From: Trichodelitschia bisporula
Taxonomy: Eukaryota
Direction of reading: 5' to 3'
Length of the DNA stretch: 64,000 nt
NCBI GenBank assembly: GCA_010356995.1
Contig: ML996690.1
Span: 371,322-435,321 of the forward strand
Made by a program: the position numbers and the translations under genes. The notes beneath the pieces were generated by a model. That model was given only the letters and a program-made list of their open reading frames with translations. It made no database searches and was not told the DNA's origin. This document shows, in pieces, positions 9,196-21,540 of the stretch. Within the stretch, counting starts at the first letter, position 1; each line of letters opens with the position of its first letter.

Positions 9196-11955
9196 GGTCA
9201 GTGGCACTTCAGACGACAAGTTGTATGCGATCAAAGAGTATATATGTCATCGAGCTGAATGGAATGGCCGTGGGAGCAGGCTCGGAGTGCGTGACAAACC
9301 ACTGGTACTTGTTGGATCCGCCATTCCTTCCTCTTGCAGTCCCGATCCTTCTTGCGCTGGTTTTCCGCTTGCTGGGGATGGAGGAGACTGGGAAATTGCA
9401 AAGCGACGCTGCCTTGCCTCTCTCTCTCCCGATCAACCACGAAAGCGAGCGGAAGGCAGACGGCTAGGGCGGGACGGCGCGATGACACAGGCGCCTATCT
9501 CCCAAGCGGCAGTGTCTCGGGTAGCAGCATGCAGCATGCGGCAATCTTGCAGACCGCGCGGTACTTCGTCGTACGGGGCGTTGGGCCGTTGTCGAGAGCG
9601 CTGCTGTACGACAGAAACTGCGGGGAGAATGCACTTCGAGAGGAGGGATAAGGCGATATGGTTCGTCGCCTTTATTTTCGCCTTCGTCTTCCCACCGAAC
9701 TTCCACCCTCCTCCTTCTTCAGGATGCGATGGCTTTGGCTGGGGGGGGGTTCGCGAGATAGGGGAAGAGGGAGAATGAAAGAACAGAAGAAAGAAATGAT
9801 ACTAAGACAAGATGACAGAGAACAAGAAAATGAGAAGTTTTACCTCTTCGTCAAAGGCTTGAGTTCGGGGTTGGGTTGAGATGCAAAGCGAGGAGGAGAG
9901 ACGGGAACTCTGACGTTGACGTTGACTTTGGCTTTTGGCAGTCGCGATGGTCGTTGACGTCGTTCGCTCCTTCCGATCCAAAACAGAATCAGATGGTGGG
10001 GGTTGAAAGATCCAAAATTCCCACGGGGGAAAGTGCGACGGAAGGGCTGCTGACTGATTCCCCTTGCCTGTTGGAGCAGTGGGGGGGTATCTGAAGATAT
10101 TCAAAAAATCGTGACTGCCTTTCGCACTCTCTCCTCTCTTCCCGTCTCGTCCCAAAGTCGGAAAGGTGCGGTGAGGGTTGCCACTGCCTATTCTGTCTTG
10201 CCTCGGCCAGCTAGCTCCAAGGGTCTCTCCTTCTCTTTTTACGAAGGGCTGGAAGGGTTCTCGCCTCTTCGGACCTTCTGGTTGCAAGTCCACCAACGAA
10301 CAACAAGAAGTAATGCTTCGCACTCTCCTTTTACGTACAACAGGCGGCAGATAAGTCGGTAGTAATAAGATGTATAAAGCTCAGGAGGATGGAGAGGAGG
10401 TTGCGAGGGCGAGAGAGGCCGAAGGGGAGGGATGTGTTGTGTGCGGTGTGTGTGATGGTGTGGAGTGGGATGGGATGTGGTGGGGAGGCACTTTCGGTCT
10501 GACCCTTGTCTCCCTTTCGGACAAGATTCATGAGCCCCTCACCTCTCAGACTCTCTCTCTCTCTCTTTCTAAAGTTAACATCTCCCTCCTCCCCTCTCCA
10601 TCCTTCCCCCCCCGCCTCCCCCAATTCCCTAATCCCCAATCCCACTCCTTCCCCCTTGTCGCATCCCAATTTCTGCCTTTGAGAGTCACAGTGGCTGCTT
10701 CCAGCCAATGGCATTTAAGGATAGAAAGTGGACGCCATCATTCTCACCTTGTCAGCTTGTCCCCTCCCTTGCCTGTGCCACGCGCCAAGCCAACATTTTT
10801 CACCCTCTTTGACTAACGGCCCTGTCTCTTTGTCCAATGATCTTCCTCGGGTCTCCCAGCCGCACGTGTGCAAGCATCGATAACCCGTGCCAAGATCCTC
10901 TAGAGCGAGAATCACGTGCTTGAAGGTGGCTGGAACCGGGATCAAATTCTCGAAACCACAAAAAAACGCCTTCGGTGGCTGAAATGGAAAAGGAACGTGG
11001 ACGGTTGACCCCGCAGGCCAAACAAAAAATGAAAGACCGTCAATTGGGCATACAGATAAGCCCAACACAAAAGCGGGCGCATGTCACTGCAAAAAACCCA
11101 CGTCCCGTAGCTCTCCCTACAAAACTCTCCCGTCTTGCAGAAAGCAATGTCCATTTTGAACAGCGGAACCCCTGGCTTGCGTGTCCCAATCCCTCCCTCA
11201 CCACCCCCGCAACCCGCCCCCTCACCACCCCACTTCCATCACGCCCCGAGGTCCTTGTCGAAGCCCTGCTGCGCGTGAGTCTCAGGGCATATTCCAGGGT
11301 TCAGGCCTTGAGGCACGACGGCGCGGGCGGCCCTTGAAGCCTGGGGAAATATGCGGGCAGCCGTCCAGCAGTGCGGCCTCCGATGCGGCTCCCTGACTCT
11401 GACCACACGCACATACTGTCCTGCGTTCGGCGGTCTTCGGGAGACGCTGTTAGGAATGAGAATGACAGCGCCCTCATTCTGGCGGGTCACTGTGGACCAG
11501 AGATGCAACTAGCAAAGGCTCACCTCCTTCTCGTGCTACACATAAGTGAACTGACGCTACTGGTCGGCTTTGTTGTCGAACACATTCAGCACACACTCAC
11601 ATTTCTAGGCTTTGCGCCGTGCGCCCAAGAGGCAAGGGACAGGCAATCATGTGTCACTCGCGTGTAACCTGTCGTCCGGCGCCCCTTCCAGAGGCGGCGC
11701 GGCTGCCGATGTCCCCCCGCTGCACACACGTTCGCACTTGTGTTGCACAATATGAGCTTCCATTCTGCTATTATTCTTCCAACCCACAACAGTGGCGGCC
11801 CATAGCAGGTCCCGAACACGGAGAGTACTTGGTCGACCTGGGAAAGGAATCCGAAAAGACTCGCTGATAGCACAGCCATGCTATCAATACCCCGCAGCGA
11901 ATCGCAGCCTGGACGGAAGTTCTACAGAACTCGCAACCCTCACACCATGCTTGAC

Positions 11956-12755
11956 TTAAACCGCAGCGCTAGTCTTCTCCTTGGGCAGGGGAGTGAACCG
12001 CAGGTACGGCTTCACGATCTTGAAATCGGGGAACAGCGTCTTGGCCTCCTCGTTCTTGACCGACGGGTGGACAATAACATCATCACCGGGCACCCAGTTG
12101 ATGGGAGTGGTGATGCGGTGCTTGTCACCCGTCTGGAGGGAGTCGACAACGCGCAGCACCTCGGCGGTGTTGCGGCCGGTGGAGGCGGGGTAGGAGAGGA
12201 TGAGGCGGATGGTCTTCTTGGGATCAATGATGAAGACGGAGCGGATGGTGAACGCCTATATCCCCGATTACTACGCGCTCACCTTCACAGTGCACAGCCT
12301 TGACTTACAATGCCCTTGGAGTCGACGTTCGTGGTGTCTTGGTAGTCAAGCCTGTAGGACCCGGTCAGACAAGGGAGAGGAAAACTCCGTGTCGAAACTG
12401 CTCACATGTCGTAGAGATATGCCACCTTGCGCTCTTTATCACCGATGATCGGGAAGGTGAGGTTACTGCCGGAAATCTCGTTGATGTCCTTGATCCAGCC
12501 GGAGTGGCTGTCGATGGTGTTGGCGGACAGGCCGATCAGCTTCACGCCACGTTTTGCGAACTCGGGCTCGAGCTTCGCGAAGGCACCCAGCTCGGTGGTG
12601 CACACGGGAGTGTAGTCCTCGGGGTGCGAGAATAGTACAACCCAGTTGTCGCCGATGAACTCGTGGAAGTTGATGGGGCCATTGGTGGTCTCCGCATCGA
12701 AGTTGGGGGCGATGCTGCCGAGGCGGAGGGGAGCAGGGCGCGGATCTGAGGCCAT
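11956..12755 (-). CDS. PRX1: 1-Cys peroxiredoxin (Prx6/Prx1 family), 3 exons (introns 12405-12352, 12308-12256)
   Basis: FSHPEDYTPVCTTELG motif; the spliced product reads AYLYDMLDYQDTTNVDSKGIAFTIR...YPASTGRN...TPINWVPGDDV; canonical GT..AG junctions. Confidence 0.95.
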
Positions 12756-15455
12756 TATAGCTGTTGATGTGCGGGTTGTAGGGTGAGGTGGTGGTCGTGA
12801 AGCGAGAGAAGTGTGCGTTGCGGTGATGGGATGATGACAGGAGTTTTGTTTAAGAAGATTTCTCGCTTTCTGGAACGGGACCCCCAAATGTGGGGCACCC
12901 TGAGGTTATTTGTACTGGGAAGGCCCGGCAGCAAACGGCCTCAACGGCACGATGGCGGGGTCAAAACACCATGTGGTATCAATAATCAATCAAAGTGGCG
13001 TCGAAATTGCGTGCTGTTCGAGACCCTGCTAACCGCACACCAAGGCATCGCCACAGACCAGACGACCAAAGGAAAATGTCAAAAAGGTAGGATCGCTTGA
13101 ACGAGGCTGGTGCTGACGACTTCTCATTGCTCATCGACCCCTCCAAGTCAAGCAATTGAAAATGACGTGCTCGCATGCTTAACCTCGTCATCCCCGATGA
13201 GGAAAGTGGGGGAGCGGCCACTAAAACATTTTGGCGGCAACAACCGCCTTGCCGCTCATAGCCTACAAGCGGCATCAATCATTTTTGCAAAGACACTCCC
13301 AAATTCATTGCAGTCATTGTACGCAAATTGGTATCACCCGACTGCTAAAAGGGACGCCATAAGGCAAAGTCGGCTTTCCATCATACTTTGTCGGCAGAGT
13401 TTGAGCAATGGGCTAATATAAGCCTTGCCACGTGAAGTCGTGGGGGCGGTGGCGGGATTTGAAGGAGACGAAGTGCTGTGCGACCCTAAGGGAAATTGAG
13501 TACAGCCCATCCTACAGGTTGTAAATCGGTCTTTAATAGTGGGAGCCTTTTAGCTGTCCACAATTTCTGAACGCCCAGCTCACACTTGACGGACCACTGC
13601 AAGGTGACAATTGATGGATTTGGACCAGTACCGTACATATCTGAAGCCTTTTCCTGAATTGCCATCCAATGCTTGTGGCTGCTGCTCGCAGCCAATGACC
13701 TTTTGTTCAGCATAACGGTTGTTGTGCGAGCCCGCCGTGTCGCGGCATGTGTGGCAGCGTAATTATGACCTCGCACCCCCGGAGGATCTGGCCTGAACAG
13801 CCTCGTGCTAAGGTCTAGCCGGTACTGCATCTATTAGAACTAAAGCGGGCGTACAAAACGCTTCCCAATCGCAAGTCTTAGGCTAGCCTTGCGAGAGGCG
13901 ACATATTTGACATCTCGACAGCCAAGCCAGCTCCTACTCGTTCCAGCTTCCAGAAGATTAGAACTACTCGGGATAGGGTTCAGTTCTCGGGTAGCAAAAA
14001 TCTCCATAACGGACCGAGACTGTCGCATACGGATGTTTTCGTGGACCAGCATCAGAATTTCCGTCCTAGTGATGCCCACCGTTGAGCACAGATGCCTCGG
14101 GCGTCAGGCGGGTTAAATTCTGCAAGAGTAGGGAAGCTCCAACCGATGTCGGTCTACTTGATAAGACAATCTGGTTGTAGTCATGCGGCGAAGTAGACCG
14201 ACCTTTTGGCAACGCCGATATGCTTTGTGGCGCATGTACGGTATAAAGCCCGACGACATGACCTTGAGTATCTGTCAAAGGAGGATATACTTACAGGCTT
14301 TGCTTCTATATACATGCTAATGACTCTGATGGAAGTCGACAGAGCCCCCGCCCCCCGAAGCCGAGAAGCGCACTCGACGAGTCCTTGGAATAATTCGTAG
14401 AACAAGATTATTGACCTGATGTTGAACCGGTCTTCGGCGCCTCAATGTTGTGCTGTTCAGTGTGATTTGATACCAAGATGGCGGAACCGAGCCATGCATC
14501 TGCGGGCAGTGCGGAACTTGCCTCGCAGACTTCTGCGGAGCCATCGTCAGGTGGCTTCGGGCTAGAAACGATATTTTCCCGTGCAGTTAGCACGGGAGAT
14601 GGGCCAAGAAATGTAGGAGCGATTACGGAGCCGGGATCAGATGAAGCCAGGCGTATCGGTAAGGCACATAGCAGGCTCCAAGGCATGCAAGGCCAAAATC
14701 TGATTACTGCATCGCCTACTACGTATGCGGAAGCGGTGATGCCGTTGCCACTTTCACTCCGTTAAGTTGGTGCATTTCAGAAAGCGGAAATCCATCTTGA
14801 ACCTGCGAGTAGTACTCTCATATTGTTCGCCCTTACTATCCCTTTGAGCTGATCCCTCGTCAGTACGACTATTCCATCCACGGCATTCGATCCTTGATAC
14901 TATCATGATGTTGACTTGTTCGCTACGGGTACTAGAACTAGAACTAGGAGCTAGTCCTCTGCAACTGTCTGCATGTCGCGCACATGGGTTCCTCGGTCAA
15001 GTCACACAATATTTTTCCCAACAAATCTCCCTTCCATAAAGTTTAGCTGATTTACTTAATGGCTAGTCCCGATTTCGAGATTCGGCAGCATGCGCCTAGG
15101 AGTCATTCATTACAACTTTGATACCTGGAATTCCGCGGAGATATGTGCAGAAAGCACGATGACAGCCCGACTTCATGGAGCTGACTTTGACACTACTCAC
15201 CACGCCCTACAGAGTCTTCTCTTGAACTATTCGTCGATACAGGCCCGAAATTCCGTCTGCCAATCGGTATGGTTGAGTCTACAGCGGGTTAGAGATCTGC
15301 GGCGCATGTCCCCGTCCCCGCGCGGCACCCATTATCAGCCTTTGGATGGACATGATGATAAATCTCGAGCCCATGACGCACTTATCTGGGGGATAAAGGG
15401 AAGCTATCCCCTCAGCTGCATCTAAGACTCATATTTTGCTCTCTCGTACACCAAT

Positions 15456-17276
15456 ATGGCCATTCCCGAGACGGTTTCGCGTTCGCATTCGGATATAACG
15501 CTCGATCTATCCACCGGGAATAAGGTTGGAGACCACAGCAGGGACGACTCCCTTCCTTCCATCTCCTCGGCCACGTTGGAGTCAGAGAAAGCTCCGGCAA
15601 TATGGCGATTGGAAGATACCCCGAACATTGGCCCCGCTTCACTTCCCATCCTCTACCAATTCCTCGACTTTGATACCCACATCCCAAGCCCCGTTTCCTA
15701 TTCCCGAAAGTCGGATGCACCCATTCCGCCTGAGCCGCCGAGCCTCTCCGCCTTTACCTCCCCTTTCTCTTGGAGCTCGGTTCACAAATCATGTATACTG
15801 GTTATCTCATGCGTGGGAACATTCCTCGCCGCTTTTACGTCTGGTGCGTACAGCCCGAGCGTCCAGCAAATGGCCTCCGAATGGCATGTCTCCACCGTGG
15901 CCGTGCTGGTAGGCGTCACCACATTCACTACGGGATTTGGCCTGGCGCCTATGGTCCTGGCACCTTTCAGTGAAGCCAATGGCCGCTATCCTGTCTTCCT
16001 TTGGTCAGGCCTCCTCTTCGCCTTTTGTCAAGCGTCTTGCGCTTACACCAAGTCCCTTGCTGGCTTTCTCGTCGCCCGATTCTTTGTCGGCGTATCCTCC
16101 AGTGTCTTCAGTACCAATGTGGGCGGCGTTCTCAGCGATATATACCATGCGCCCGATCGAAACGCCCCTATGGCATACTTCTGTGCTTTTGCACTGGCAG
16201 GAACAGGCTCCGGATCGGTGGTCGGAGGGTTTGTAGGCCAGGCGTTGGGCTGGCGCTGGATCTTCTGGTTGCAGGTTATCTTCGATGGGTTGCTGCTGCT
16301 TGTTATGGCGGCGTGGTTTCCAGAGACCAGAGGAAGCGTCTTACTCCGGCGGAAGGCGCAGGCGCTCAACCGCTGGTACGAAGAGCTCGAGAAAAACGGT
16401 TACCCCGGCCTCCTCTCCACGCAGTCTCCCACCGATGCAAACAACTCGACTTCCACTCCCGTATCGACGCCCGGCACTTCTTCGGTTGTCTATCGCATCC
16501 GCTGGCGCGCCCCACTGGATGGCGATTCACCGACGCTGCCGACTCTCGACGCACCGCCCGAGAAACCCAACTTCGTTGAGCTCATGAGGGTATCTCTCAT
16601 TCGTCCCTTCTATCTGCTCTTCACAGAGCCGGTTGTCTTTTGGTTTTCCGCCTGGATATCATTCTCCTGGGCAGTACTGTACCTCAACCTTGCCTCCATC
16701 CCAATCGTCTTCCGTTCCGTGTATGGCTTCACCCCCGCGCAATGCGGAGCGGTTTTCTCGGGAATCGTCATCGGCGCCATAATATCGACCCCTTTGTTCA
16801 TCTTACAAGAGAGAGTGGCGAAACGGCGTGGGTGGCTGCCCGACAGTCCCGAAGCCCGACTGTACTTCGTCTGCCCGGCGGCATTGTTCATGCCAGTCGG
16901 CATCTTCATATTTGCCTGGACGTCGCGTGAGACTGTCTCATGGGCGGTGCCTGCAGTGGCAGTGGGGATCTCGACGATTGGCATTTACGGCATCTATCTA
17001 GCGACCTTCAACTACCTGGCGGACACGTACCACTGTTACGCAAGTTCGGCGATCGCAGCGCAGAGTTGTTGCCGGAACCTTCTCGGCGGCGTCTTCCCAC
17101 TGGTGATACAGAGAATGTACGGAACCATGGGCTACGGAGGCGCAGGAAGCTTGCTGGGAGGAATTGCACTACTGCTGTCAGCCGTCCCATGGGTGCTGGT
17201 GGTATGGGGAGAGAGGATTAGGGCACGCAGCATATTTGCTCAAGGGATGGTGGTGCTCGAGAAACGCGAGCATTGA
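15456..17276 (+). CDS. MFS drug:H+ antiporter (DHA1-like, 12 TM)
   Basis: PFSW...K; APFSEANGRYPV; GWRWIFW; PETRG; LFTEPVV; PEARL; NYLADTY..YASSAIAA motifs. Confidence 0.92.
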   Translation: MAIPETVSRSHSDITLDLSTGNKVGDHSRDDSLPSISSATLESEKAPAIWRLEDTPNIGPASLPILYQFLDFDTHIPSPVSYSRKSDAPIPPEPPSLSAFTSPFSWSSVHKSCILVISCVGTFLAAFTSGAYSPSVQQMASEWHVSTVAVLVGVTTFTTGFGLAPMVLAPFSEANGRYPVFLWSGLLFAFCQASCAYTKSLAGFLVARFFVGVSSSVFSTNVGGVLSDIYHAPDRNAPMAYFCAFALAGTGSGSVVGGFVGQALGWRWIFWLQVIFDGLLLLVMAAWFPETRGSVLLRRKAQALNRWYEELEKNGYPGLLSTQSPTDANNSTSTPVSTPGTSSVVYRIRWRAPLDGDSPTLPTLDAPPEKPNFVELMRVSLIRPFYLLFTEPVVFWFSAWISFSWAVLYLNLASIPIVFRSVYGFTPAQCGAVFSGIVIGAIISTPLFILQERVAKRRGWLPDSPEARLYFVCPAALFMPVGIFIFAWTSRETVSWAVPAVAVGISTIGIYGIYLATFNYLADTYHCYASSAIAAQSCCRNLLGGVFPLVIQRMYGTMGYGGAGSLLGGIALLLSAVPWVLVVWGERIRARSIFAQGMVVLEKREH

Positions 17277-18139
17277 GTGACATCACCCTCTGGGAAATCG
17301 GAATGCATGGAAAGGATATGGACATGGATTTTCATGAGTCAACGGCCAACCATCGGCTCACCGTTCAGTGTAGCGTCATGCGGGGCGTCATGCCATCAGG
17401 AGCCACGTCTGCAGCAGACTAAGAGGTGTAACGTATTCGGATGCAATGTATCAAACTGCAATCTTTCGGCATAGAAGTCCCCCCCGCCGCAAACGCTGGA
17501 CAACCGCTGTAGAGCTCCGCAAACGGCGTGGTGTTGGTGAAATGTGCACACATTGTCGCTTTCTGACCAATACGGCCATCTTCGGATATTCAAAACCCGA
17601 TTCGGGCATGTCGATACTCCAAGTTTGAAGAATTCCAAAGAAGCGAAGGAAGGGGTGGTAGCTTAAGACGTTTCGAGACGAAGAGGTCTGCTGGGGACGA
17701 AGTACGGAAAGAAATTTCCCCGCTCCGTTAGTCACCACGCCTTGTGGCCTGATACCTGACTGGATGCCTGATATGCCGGTAAGTGGCGGGTCACAGCAGG
17801 CTACTGCATCTCCCCGACGGGATTTCGGGAGGCAGAAAGTCCTCGGCGGCAAATGGATCGGCAATGGGCGCATCCCCTTTCATGCCCAACCTCTCGCGTG
17901 CTTTGATCATCGAGTACCCGTCGGCATACATAGCGTCACCTTTGCAGGACAGAATATCCGGTAGCGGCGAGGTCCTCTGTCGTATCAGCGCTATCTACAC
18001 CCCCGCGTCTTCGGCATTCTGTCCCGCAGACACTTGCCACGGCGATATCGCGCGGGCTCTGGAAGACAAAACTGAGTTCCCGACCACATTTGAGCCTTAC
18101 TGTTCCTGATTCACGTTTCTGGCGGTGTTTTGTGACCCA

Positions 18140-19934
18140 ATGGCACCTGAAAATGGAGCGAGCGAGACATCGCCTCTGCTTGGGGGCGCCAATCATCACG
18201 ATCATGACGATCATTTGGCAAAGGTCACTTCGCACCCGATAGATGCCAGTGCTGGATTTGTGCCCCAAGGGGCCGACCCGTACGAGTATGACACTGAAGA
18301 GGACGAGGAGGATGGTGATATCGAACGGCAGGCGAGCGTTGTAAGCACGGCGAGCAGGAGCCGACCGTACGAGGGGATACCTGAAATGAAAAAGCAAATG
18401 CCCTATATCTTGCCGGCAATAGGCATTGGTGTGAGTTTTCACAGAATAGAAGCTCCATTTGACAAACCATTGACATGAGCAGGTCTTCCTAGCCGCCGCG
18501 GATCAAACAATAATCGTGTCCAGCGCAGCGCGTATCGGCTCAGACCTCAATGCTCTGAGCAAGACGTCATGGATTGCGACCGCCTACTTCCTCACGCTCA
18601 CTGCCACTCAGCCATTGTACGGCAAGCTCTCTGATATATTTGGCCGCAAAGAATGTCTCCTCTTCGCTTACGTTGTGTTCGGCGTCGGCTGCTTGTTCTG
18701 CGGCCTGTCACAGAATATGAACCAGCTCATCGCCAGTCGTGCCTTCTCGGGTATCGGCGGAGGCGGGATGACAACCGTTGTCAGCATCCTGATGTCCGAC
18801 ATTGTCCCGCTGCGAGAGCGAGGTAAATATCAAGGATACATCAACATCATGTTCGCCAGCGGCAGCGCCGTCGGCGCACCACTTGGCGGTATTTTGTCCG
18901 ACTATATCAGCTGGAGATGGGCCTTCCTCGTCCAAACGCCTCTCTGTTTCGTCGCCTTGCTTGCCGTGGGCATCGTGCTCAAGATGCCGGCCCGCGAGCA
19001 AACCCACTGGAAGCACAAACTCCGCCGCCTCGACGCCTTCGCCGTCCTCCTCCTCGCAGCCGTAGTAACATTGCTACTCGGCCTTGACCGCGGAAGCAAC
19101 GAGGGCTGGGACGACAAATACACCATCACCCTCGTCAGCGTCTCCCTCCCACTCTTCGTCCTCTTCGCTCTCGCAGAGATCTACCTCGCACCGGAGCCCT
19201 TCGCACCCGGTCACATCATCTTCGATCGTTCCCTCTTTGCTGCCTACCTATGCAACTTCTTCTCCATGGGCGGCTTCATGGCCGCCATCTTCTACATCCC
19301 GCTGCACTTCCAAGCTGTATACGGTCTGTCGGCTACGCAGGCCGGTCTGCGCCTCATTCCAACCATCATCTGCAGCGTCACAGGCTCTCTGCTCGGCGGA
19401 ATTTACATGCAAAAGACAGGGCGCTACTACTGGATCACAGTCAGCGCGTACACCGCGCTGACGCTCGGCATGGCCATCGTCCTATGCAGCGCGGGCCTCA
19501 TAGGCAGCTCCATCGCGGGCGTGATGGCAGGCTCAATGGTCGGGAGCTTCGGCAACGGCATCGGAGTGACAACGACCCTGATCGGACTGATTGCGAACGC
19601 GGGACACTCCGACCAGGCTGTCGCAACGGCATGCTCGTACCTGTTCCGCAGTCTGGGTAGCGTGTTTGGCGTGAGCATGAGCGCGGCGCTGGCGAACCAG
19701 GTGCTAAGGACGGAGTTGCGGAAGGAGTTGCATAGCGGGCGGAGGGCGGAGGAGATTGCGGAGCGGGTGCGGGAGAGCTTGGAGTATTTGAAAGACTTGG
19801 AGCCGGCGGTTAGGGAGGTTGTGCGCAAGTGCTATGACAAGAGCACGAGGGCTGCGTTCGGGCTGCAGGTGTCTATTGTTTTTGGGGCGGCGGTGGCGGC
19901 GTTTTGGATTCGGGAGAAGAAGCTGGTGCATTGA
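18140..19934 (+). CDS. MFS transporter (DHA2/Vba-like, 14 TM), intron 18431-18482
   Basis: N-terminal ETSPLL dileucine-type signal; spliced AIGIG|VFLAAADQTII; QPLYGKLSDIFGRK; SDIVPLRERG; WRWAFLVQ. Confidence 0.92.
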
Positions 19935-20497
19935 GTACGGTATGCGGCTGGAGGAAGCCACGGTGGTACCGGTATAGCGTAAGCAGTACGTTTGGGTGTT
20001 GTATGTAGCGCCATTGGATGTTGTTGGTGGTCTGACATAATAATGCCTCAGATGAGAGCGGCAGAGCTGTCATTCTCGTGACCAGCAAGGCCTCATTTGC
20101 CGCCGCGCTACTGTTTGATGATGCCCTTGCGCGTTAGATCGACGATGCAAGCGTCTATTTGCCCGAGCGACAAGCCGCGGAGGTGAAAATGCGGGGGAAT
20201 GCCGTATTGCATGGCACATCGTGGCGCCAAGATGGCTTACTGTGACGTCAACCGTCAGCCATCACGGAAAGTCGGCTGATCATCAAAGAGATCGTCAAAG
20301 CTCAACAAAGAAAAGTGCGGGGTAAGAAGGAATGTGAGGACCAAGCTCTGGAAGGACTCCAGAGAATGTGTAGATTACTTCTGCCCCTCCATCGGGGGAG
20401 CATCTCGTTTTGGAATTATCATAATAACATAAACTCGCGCAAAAGAGGTATCAGAAACCAAAAAGAGCAGCTCATCGCAAAATCTTGCAGGCGCCTT

Positions 20498-21540
20498 CTA
20501 AACAGACTGGTCGTTGCGCGCAGTGCTGTTGTCCACCTTGTTCCTCCGCTCGCGGCCCTTCTCCGACCAGGGGAAATGCGCGACAGGAATAACGAAGAAG
20601 CTGCGAGAGATGTCAGTTGTTGGTCCAGCGTAGAGATGAAGTCACCGTACCTGTTGGTGGAGTCGGCAATACCAGCCAGTGCGTTGTACCACGCCAGGAA
20701 CGCCGCGAGCATACCAAACCCACCGCCGCCCTTGATGCAGCTAATATTCAGGGTACCATCGGCATTCCGGGCAAGATGGCCGATGGCGAGCAGCAGGAAC
20801 GCCATGTCTAGAGTGAAGAAGAGGAAGAAGAAGGCTACGGTCGAGCGCAGGGTGCAGAGTAGGAGAATGAAGGTAAAGATGAACCAGCCCATCAGGAAGT
20901 ATCCCATGGAATCGTTGAAGTGTGCGGCTTTGGCGCCGCCAAGTGCAGTCACAATACCGAAGCCAGGGGTGAGGGTGAAACCAAAGGCAATCCAGAACCC
21001 GCCGTAGGAGCTGAGGGCAGTAGCACCGAAGGTGTTCCCTGCGGCAATTTCCCTATTGAGGTATTTAGCGATTGCCGTAGAGGGATTCCCACATAACTCA
21101 CCACATGCCGGCCAGCAACTGAACCAGTCCGCCGTAGGCGAGGGCCAAGCCCACGACAATGTTGGACTCGGTAACACCACGGGTTTGGAGGTTGATGAGG
21201 GACAGGACGAAGGTCGTGAGAGCGAAAGCAGAGAGACCGAGCGGTGCGGGGTTGGCTAGCCGGCTCTTGGGCGCGCGGTACAGACCAGGCTGGAAGCTAC
21301 CGCCGAAGGCCGGGAGACTGAGAGAGGGATCATTGGTGGCCATGTGCGCAAGGGGGTTGCCGCCATAGTCGTACGGCCGGCGCTGGGCTACATGAGGGTC
21401 GGCAGTGGCGAAATCCGCAGATGCCCGGTTGCCATTGAGGTTCGTCTTCTCCGCTGTGGGAAAGTTTGTTCCGTCCTGTGGATGTTAATGGGATGCGATG
21501 GTGAGCTGTGGAAAGCATGACATACGGTGTGGGTTGCCAT
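20498..21540 (-). CDS. GPR1/FUN34/YaaH family acetate transporter (Ady2/AcpA-like), 4 exons
   Basis: Signatures AFGG, NPAPLGL(S)AFALTTF and SYGGFW. First exon MATHT (21540-21526) is followed by a GTATGT donor; further introns near 21101-21053 and 20650-20602; stop TAG at 20498. Confidence 0.93.

Noticed and set aside
13100..15400. Possible decayed gene or transposon between PRX1 and the MFS gene
   Set aside because: Manual translation gave no recognisable domain, terminal repeats or consistent frame.
15456..21540. Two MFS transporters plus an acetate transporter as a secondary-metabolite cluster
   Set aside because: No PKS, NRPS, terpene synthase, tailoring enzyme or cluster regulator nearby.
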